Shown piece by piece: positions 58,097 through 64,000 of a DNA stretch of 64,000 nt. Position 1 is the stretch's first letter. Every line of letters starts with the position of its first letter. The DNA is from Gammaproteobacteria bacterium. Its GTDB lineage: Bacteria; Pseudomonadota; Gammaproteobacteria; Eutrophobiales; Eutrophobiaceae. Where the stretch lies: contig CBDCDS010000003.1 in the NCBI GenBank assembly GCA_965215365.1, positions 384,001 through 448,000 of the forward strand, given 5' to 3'. The translations under genes and the position numbers were made by a program. The notes under the pieces are model-generated. The model saw nothing but the letters and a program-made list of their open reading frames with translations. It made no database searches and was not told the DNA's origin.

Positions 58097-58379
58097 TGGA
58101 ATAGCGATAATGTAGTTGGCCGTCCGGAAAGCCGGTAAAACGCCTAAAACCACCGAATCCAGGGCAAGGAGGGCCTCTGTGAGGGATTTTTCAGGGACGG
58201 TTGTGGTGGCGGGCGCCGGGCCGGTTGTTCGGAGTTTTCTCAGGCCGCAAGGGTTTCGATGACATCGCCCTTGCGTTGCAGTACGGTCACACCCCGCGCC
58301 AGGGCCGCCTGCTTCAGCTCGTCATGGAAGTGGAAGGCAGCCAGTGCCAAGCACTGCCGGCGCGAGCTTCGCATCACTT

Positions 58380-58415
58380 GGTGAGATATGCGGGCTAGGT
58401 GAGATATGCGGGCTA
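58380..58415. repeat. 18 bp tandem duplication including the TonB receptor stop codon
   Basis: GGTGAGATATGCGGGCTA x2. Confidence 0.9.
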
Positions 58416-60512
58416 AAACCGCCCGCTGATTGTCACGCGTGCGTTCAGCGGCGCGCCTACGGTGGCCTGGTGTGTACTGTGCGCGTTCGGGAAGTAGAGC
58501 TTGTCAGTCAGGTTCTCGACATTGACCTGAACACGCAGCTGGTCAGACACGTCATAGTAGGCCGAGGCGTCAAGGCGGGTATAGCTCGGCAGCGTCGCGC
58601 TATTGCCATTATTGATGAAACTTTCATCCTGGTAAGTCAGACCCAGGCCCAGGCCCAGCTTATCGGTGACCTGAAAGCTGTTCCACAGTGAGAACATATT
58701 TTCCGGCAGCTCGCGCGGGCGCAGTCCGGTCGGGCCGGCCCGATTGACCTGCTCACCGTCAAGATAGCTGTATCCGGCTGACACGAACCATCGGTCTGTG
58801 AGCAGCCCCTTGAGCTGCACCTCGACCCCTTCAATTTTTGTATCAATGACATCCAGGGTGGCCGGATCATTATCGGCAACCTGCGGCGAGCTTTGCTCAA
58901 TCTCGAACACCGCGGCCGTCAGGCTCAGGTCCTGGGCGAAATCCCATTTTATACCCGCTTCCAGGTTGGTGAACGTGTTCGGGTCCAACTGGTTATTGCT
59001 GCCATTGATGTTGGCGTACTGCTCGCCACTGCGCGGCAGGAAGGATTCACTGTAACTCCCGTACAATGAAATGTTTTCTCGCGGCTTGAAGACCAGGCCG
59101 ACCCGCGGTGTCACTTCTTCATCCTTGCGGCTGCGGGTTTCAGCCGCCGGGACATTGAACACCTTGATGTCGAAGCTGTCAAAGCGCGCGCCAACGATCA
59201 CATCCAGCCGCTCCGACACCTCAATCTCGTCTTGGATATAGACGGAAAACACCTCAATATCCACATGCGTATCGTCATTGAGATCGGCGCTGAAACTGTT
59301 TGTTGTGGTGACACCGGCGGCGTTGACACCGCTGTCTGCGCGCAGGTTGAGAGGGCGGCTGACGGTGAACACTTCATTGTCATCCGAGGTGGTGTCCCAG
59401 AACGAGTTAAAGCGATCCTGATTGGACGAGGTATCAATATATTCAGCGCCGACGACGACGGTGTGATTGATAGCGCCGGTGCCGAAGCCCCCGATCAGGT
59501 TGCCGGAGAACATCAGGCTTGCGCGCTGGGTCGTATCGATATAGCCATCGAGCGTCACCACCTCCGGCGTCGCTGCCTGATTATAGCCGGAGGCATAGAA
59601 GTTCTGGTACAGCTTGTCGTAATCCCCATAAAACAGGCTGACATTCGCTTTGAGTTGTTCTGAGAAGTCATGTTGCAGCGCGGCGCGCAGTACATGGGCT
59701 TGAAGCTGTTGATAGTTGCGTTCAGGGTCGCCGAAAACAATCTCGTGAAAGTCTTTGACCGGGCGGCCATCCGACCCGGTTGGAATGCCGCGATCAATCA
59801 CGCGGTCGTGATCGATGTATTCATAACTCAGATCAATAGTGGTATTCATGCCCGGTTCAAATTTAGCGGTCGGGTTGACGCCAAACCGATCACCGTCATA
59901 GAAATCGCGATGGTTGTTCAGCCCTTCATAAAACGCATTGATGCGAAAGGCCGAGTGCGCGCTGGCCGAAAAATTACCATCGACCTGAACATCAAATTCG
60001 CCGAAGGTATTTGAACTTGTCTTGTAGCCGGTGAAATTTTCGCCGATCACGCCTCTCTTGGTGACGCGGTTGAGGATGCCGCCAGTACCGCCACGCCCGA
60101 AAAAGAGCGCATTCGGGCCACGCAGTATTTCCACCTGTTCCAGGTTATACAGCGGGCGGTAATACTGAACGTCATCACGGACGCCGTCAATGAAGAAATC
60201 AGCCGTTGAGCGCACCCCCCGAAATACCACTGCGTCACGGTGACCCTCGCCCTGTGAGGTGTTGACGCCGGGGGTGTAGTCGATAATGTCGCCGACACTG
60301 GTGAAGCCCTGCAGGGTAATCTGGTCGGCGGTGACAATGGACAGACTCTGCGGCACATCAATGATAGGCGTCGGCGTTTTTAAGGCGTTCACCTGGTCTG
60401 TGTACAGATACTTCCCGGTGACGATGATCTCTTCCTGTTGCTGTTGCGCCAACGCCGTAAACGACAATCCGTACCAGACGACCAAGAGCCCGAACAAACG
60501 ATGATTATACAT
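58413..60512 (-). CDS. TonB-dependent (siderophore-type) receptor
   Basis: Signal peptide, EEIIVTG TonB box, PQSLSIV, VEILRGP, NVENLTDKLY, terminal Phe. Confidence 0.95.
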   Translation of the reverse strand: MYNHRLFGLLVVWYGLSFTALAQQQQEEIIVTGKYLYTDQVNALKTPTPIIDVPQSLSIVTADQITLQGFTSVGDIIDYTPGVNTSQGEGHRDAVVFRGVRSTADFFIDGVRDDVQYYRPLYNLEQVEILRGPNALFFGRGGTGGILNRVTKRGVIGENFTGYKTSSNTFGEFDVQVDGNFSASAHSAFRINAFYEGLNNHRDFYDGDRFGVNPTAKFEPGMNTTIDLSYEYIDHDRVIDRGIPTGSDGRPVKDFHEIVFGDPERNYQQLQAHVLRAALQHDFSEQLKANVSLFYGDYDKLYQNFYASGYNQAATPEVVTLDGYIDTTQRASLMFSGNLIGGFGTGAINHTVVVGAEYIDTSSNQDRFNSFWDTTSDDNEVFTVSRPLNLRADSGVNAAGVTTTNSFSADLNDDTHVDIEVFSVYIQDEIEVSERLDVIVGARFDSFDIKVFNVPAAETRSRKDEEVTPRVGLVFKPRENISLYGSYSESFLPRSGEQYANINGSNNQLDPNTFTNLEAGIKWDFAQDLSLTAAVFEIEQSSPQVADNDPATLDVIDTKIEGVEVQLKGLLTDRWFVSAGYSYLDGEQVNRAGPTGLRPRELPENMFSLWNSFQVTDKLGLGLGLTYQDESFINNGNSATLPSYTRLDASAYYDVSDQLRVQVNVENLTDKLYFPNAHSTHQATVGAPLNARVTISGRF

Positions 60513-60527
60513 TCTGTATCTCCTGTA

Positions 60528-60546
60528 AATAAGAATTATTATCATT
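60528..60546. promoter_or_regulatory. Fur box upstream of the TonB receptor
   Basis: Minus strand AATGATAATAATTCTTATT resembles the Fur consensus; adjacent TTGACA (60570-60575, minus) and TAAGCT. Confidence 0.8.
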
Positions 60547-60635
60547 CAGCTTACCTTTTGAAAATAATATGTCAAGAATTTTTTTGAAATTTTTTGAGGT
60601 TCCCTTGAACGGGACATTGCTCATAAAAAATTTTG

Positions 60636-60655
60636 TTGCAAATAATTCTCATTTA
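60636..60655. promoter_or_regulatory. Fur box upstream of bfd and the Fe3+ ABC operon
   Basis: TTGCAAATAATTCTCATTTA. Confidence 0.75.
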
Positions 60656-60704
60656 TTCTATTATTCCTGACACTGATGAATTCGCAGGTGAGGAGTGTGT
60701 CCAG

Positions 60705-60941
60705 ATGTACGTGTGTGCATGTAACGCAGTAACAGAACGACAGATCCGGCAAGCCATCACTGACGGCGCCCGGACCAATGCCCAGCTTCGGCAACGGCTG
60801 GATGCCGCGCGCGTGTGTGGTTCTTGTGATGATTGTCTGGAGGAGTATCTTGCCGAAGCATCGGAACAACAGGAAAAACAGTATGAAATACCTACCCCTT
60901 TTGTTTTCCCTGCTCCTTGTTTTACCAACGGCGCCGGCTGA
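60705..60941 (+). CDS. bfd: Bacterioferritin-associated ferredoxin ([2Fe-2S])
   Basis: MYVCACNAVTERQIRQAI...CGSC; RBS AGGAG. Confidence 0.9.
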   Translation: MYVCACNAVTERQIRQAITDGARTNAQLRQRLDAARVCGSCDDCLEEYLAEASEQQEKQYEIPTPFVFPAPCFTNGAG

Positions 60942-61890
60942 GCAAGTCAACGTTTACTCCGGTCGCAAGGAAGCGCTGATTAAACCGCTGTTCGATAGGT
61001 TTACCCAGGAGACGGGGATCAGGGTCAACCTGGTCACCGGCAAGGCGGATGCTTTGATCAAGCGTCTGCAGCTTGAAGGCGAACGCTCCCCGGCCGACCT
61101 GTTGATTACTGTGGACGCCGGACGCCTGTACCGGGCGCAGGCGCTGGGCCTGTTGCAGCCGGTCTCGTCGGCGCAACTGGAACGCACAGTGCCGGAGGTG
61201 TATCGCGACCCGCAGGGCTATTGGTACGGCCTGTCAATCAGGGCGCGCGTGATCGTGTACGCCAGGGCGCGGGTAAACCCGGCGCAGCTTTCCACTTACG
61301 AAGCCTTGGCCGACCCCGTCTGGCGCGGGCAGCTTTGTGTGCGTTCAGCGGCCAATATCTATAACCAATCGCTGGTTGCCGCTATGCTTGTGCACCACGG
61401 CCAGGAAGCCACACAGCGATGGCTGCGCCGGCTGGTCGCCAATTTTGCCAGGGCTCCGAAAGGTGGTGACCGCGACCAGGTCAGGGCGGTGGCAGCCGGG
61501 CAGTGCCGGCTGGCGCTGGTTAATAGCTATTATCTGGCGGGTATGCTCAGTGCCAATATCGGCGCGGAAGTCGACGCGGCGCGCCAGGTGGCGCTGTTCT
61601 GGCCGAACCAGACCGACCGGGGCGTGCACGTGAACATCAGCGGTGCCGGGGTCACTCGTTCGGCACCGCACAAGGACCGCGCAGTGCGTCTGCTGGAATA
61701 TCTGGTGAGCGTACCAGCGCAGGAATGGTATGGTAAAACGAACCATGAATTTCCTGTCCGTGCCGGTGTGCCTCGGGGCGAGATACTGCAATCCTGGGGC
61801 GAGTTCAAGGCCGATGACCTGAACCTGACGGCGCTGGGAGAGAAAAACCATGCCGCCGTACGCGCCATGGACCGGGCCGGCTGGAAGTAA
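60883..61890 (+). CDS. fbpA: Fe3+ ABC transporter substrate-binding protein (FbpA/FutA)
   Basis: VNVYSGRK, SPADLLITVDAGRL, VNSYY, HVNISGAG. Confidence 0.93.
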   Translation: MKYLPLLFSLLLVLPTAPAEQVNVYSGRKEALIKPLFDRFTQETGIRVNLVTGKADALIKRLQLEGERSPADLLITVDAGRLYRAQALGLLQPVSSAQLERTVPEVYRDPQGYWYGLSIRARVIVYARARVNPAQLSTYEALADPVWRGQLCVRSAANIYNQSLVAAMLVHHGQEATQRWLRRLVANFARAPKGGDRDQVRAVAAGQCRLALVNSYYLAGMLSANIGAEVDAARQVALFWPNQTDRGVHVNISGAGVTRSAPHKDRAVRLLEYLVSVPAQEWYGKTNHEFPVRAGVPRGEILQSWGEFKADDLNLTALGEKNHAAVRAMDRAGWK

Positions 61891-62015
61891 GAGTTTTCTG
61901 CCTGCCCTCTGCTCGTCACTCCGGGCAGGCATGTTGCCTGACAAAAGGCAGATATACCATGGCCTCATGCCTTATCATGTATTCTGAATGTCTGTGGTTG
62001 CCATGATAAGCCTGT

Positions 62016-63686
62016 ATGCCTGAAGCAAAACTTCCGCCGAGACGCGGTGGTTTAACTTATATTTCCCCGTGGACAGCCGTCACCGTTGTGGCCGGCGCAA
62101 CGCTGCTGCTGCCTGTGTTTGTCATCGCCGCATCGGTGTTGCTGCCCAGTGGGGATATCTGGCGGCACCTGTATGACACGGTGTTGGCAGAATACCTGAG
62201 CAACTCCCTGTTGCTGGCTCTGGGTGTGGGTTGCCTGTCGCTGCCGTTGGGCGTGCTGCCGGCCTGGCTGGTCACGCGGTATCGCTTCCCCGGCAGTCGC
62301 CAGCTGGAATGGGCCTTGCTGTTGCCGCTGGCCATGCCCGCGTACATCATCGCCTACACCTATACGGGGATGCTGGATGTGGCCGGCCCGTTGCAGTCGT
62401 GGTTGCGCGCCGCGTTTGTCTGGCAGTACGGCGATTACTGGTTTCCCGAGGTGCGCTCGCTGCCCGGCGCTATCTTAATGTTATCGTTGGTGCTGTATCC
62501 CTACATCTATCTGCTGGCCCGGGCCGCGTTTCTGGAACAGTCTGCGTGCGTGGTCGAGGTGGCCCGCACCTTGGGCATGGGGCCGACGCAAGCATTCTTC
62601 AAGGTGGTATTGCCACTGGCGCGCCCGGCCCTCAGCGCCGGTCTGGCGCTGGTGCTGATGGAAACCCTGGCCGATTACGGCACCGTGCAGTATTTCGGGG
62701 TGGCGACGTTTACCACCGGCATCTTCAAAACCTGGTTTGGTCTGGGCAGCAGCATTGCCGCGGCGCAGTTGTCGGCGCTGTTGCTGTGCTTCGTGCTGTG
62801 CCTGATGGTACTGGAGCAACGCGCGCGGCGGCGCGCGCGCTACCATCACACCAGCGCCCGCAACACCCGCTTGGAACAGCTGACCCTGCGCCGGCCTGAG
62901 TCCCTGGCCGCTTTTTGCTTGTGCGCGGCGCCGGTATTGTTCGGGTTTATCATTCCTGCCAGCCAGTTGCTGTTCTGGGTCATGCAGACCTGGCACCGCG
63001 CACCGGATAGCAGCTTTGCGGCGCTGGTGTGGAACAGCATGGAGCTGGCGCTTATTACCGCGCTGCTGGCACTGCTGCTGGCGCTGGCAGTGTGCTACAC
63101 CAGGCGTCGCCATGCGGGGCTGGTCGCAAACGCAGCCAGCCGCTTGCTCGGTATGGGCTACGCCGTGCCAGGTACGGTCATCGCAGTGGGGGTGCTGATC
63201 CCCTTCACCTGGCTGGACCGACACCTGCTGGGCTGGTATGACGCGCTGTTCGGCGCCAGTACCGGCTTGCTGCTGAGCGGCACTGTTGTCATCCTGATAT
63301 TTGCCTATCTGGTGCGGTTCCTGGCGCTGTCGCTGAATGCGGTCGAAGCAGGGCTGGCGAAGGTCAAACCGTCCATGGACGAGGCCGGACGCAGTCTGGG
63401 GGTCAGTGGTGTCAGCCTGTTACGCCGCGTGCACATTCCCATCCTGCGCCCCAGCCTGCTCACCGGCTTGCTGCTGGTGTTTGTGGACGTGCTGAAAGAA
63501 CTGCCGGCGACGCTGATACTGCGGCCGTTCAATTTCAACACGCTGGCGGTGCGCGCCTACGAGCTGGCTAACGAAGAGCGTCTGGCCGAGGCTGCGCTGC
63601 CGGCCCTGGCCATCGTGCTGGCCGGCATCATTCCGGTTATCATACTGAGCCGGGCCATCTCCCGTTCCCGCGCCGCTTATGCTTGA
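62016..63686 (+). CDS. fbpB: Fe3+ ABC transporter permease (FbpB/FutB)
   Basis: Two EAA-type loops, METLADYG, KELPATL. Confidence 0.93.
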   Translation: MPEAKLPPRRGGLTYISPWTAVTVVAGATLLLPVFVIAASVLLPSGDIWRHLYDTVLAEYLSNSLLLALGVGCLSLPLGVLPAWLVTRYRFPGSRQLEWALLLPLAMPAYIIAYTYTGMLDVAGPLQSWLRAAFVWQYGDYWFPEVRSLPGAILMLSLVLYPYIYLLARAAFLEQSACVVEVARTLGMGPTQAFFKVVLPLARPALSAGLALVLMETLADYGTVQYFGVATFTTGIFKTWFGLGSSIAAAQLSALLLCFVLCLMVLEQRARRRARYHHTSARNTRLEQLTLRRPESLAAFCLCAAPVLFGFIIPASQLLFWVMQTWHRAPDSSFAALVWNSMELALITALLALLLALAVCYTRRRHAGLVANAASRLLGMGYAVPGTVIAVGVLIPFTWLDRHLLGWYDALFGASTGLLLSGTVVILIFAYLVRFLALSLNAVEAGLAKVKPSMDEAGRSLGVSGVSLLRRVHIPILRPSLLTGLLLVFVDVLKELPATLILRPFNFNTLAVRAYELANEERLAEAALPALAIVLAGIIPVIILSRAISRSRAAYA

Positions 63687-64000
63687 AGTCAAAAACCTGA
63701 CGGTAGCCTTCGATGACAAGACGGTCATCGCAGCTGTGTCCCTGCGCCTGGAGCAGGGCAACATCGGTTGCCTGCTGGGTCCCAGCGGCTGCGGCAAGAC
63801 GACCTTGTTACGCACTATTGCCGGGTTTGAGCAGCCCGGCGCCGGCGAGGTCCGGCTCAATGACCGGGTGGCAAGCAGCCCCACTGCGCTACTGCAGGTA
63901 GAGCAAAGAGGCGTGGGCATGGTGTTCCAGGACTTTGCCCTGTTTCCACACCTGAGCGCGCAGGACAACATCGCGTTCGGTTTGCAGCGTCTGCCTGAGT
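63679..64000 (+). CDS. fbpC: Fe3+ ABC transporter ATP-binding protein (partial, runs off the window)
   Basis: MLEVKNL, GPSGCGKTTLLR, GMVFQDFALFPHL. Confidence 0.93.
   Translation, partial: MLEVKNLTVAFDDKTVIAAVSLRLEQGNIGCLLGPSGCGKTTLLRTIAGFEQPGAGEVRLNDRVASSPTALLQVEQRGVGMVFQDFALFPHLSAQDNIAFGLQRLPE

Overview
GC-rich gammaproteobacterial chromosome segment, probably from a host-associated organism such as a marine invertebrate symbiont (inference from FN3/Calx-beta, thrombospondin-like and DUF1640 proteins). The left part has a BrnT-type toxin-antitoxin pair, tadA and a CinA/PncC gene. A ~28 kb surface/secretion island follows (2.1-30.1 kb): coiled-coil membrane proteins, a ~2100 aa FN3 adhesin behind a 12x GACCGCA repeat, an RTX protein, and one tightly coupled operon. 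That operon joins a partial VirB-type T4SS (B4,B5,B6,B8,B9,B10) directly to a type IVb pilus set (PilL,N,O,P,Q,R, leaderless pilin-like genes, PilV-like) and ends in a thrombospondin-like Cys-rich adhesin. No VirB2/B3/B11, coupling protein, relaxase, integrase or prepilin peptidase is visible in the window. The right part is mostly housekeeping: etfBA, tkt-gap-pgk-pyk-fba, purC, glnS, a ubiH-ubiI fusion, pepP, zapA, 6S RNA, ilvA, rpiA and Fur-boxed iron uptake genes, interrupted by small defence remnants. Notable details: three cargo insertions are each flanked by a duplicated 5' end or promoter of the downstream gene, and tkt apparently starts at ATT. All calls come from reading motifs by eye; no database searches were run.
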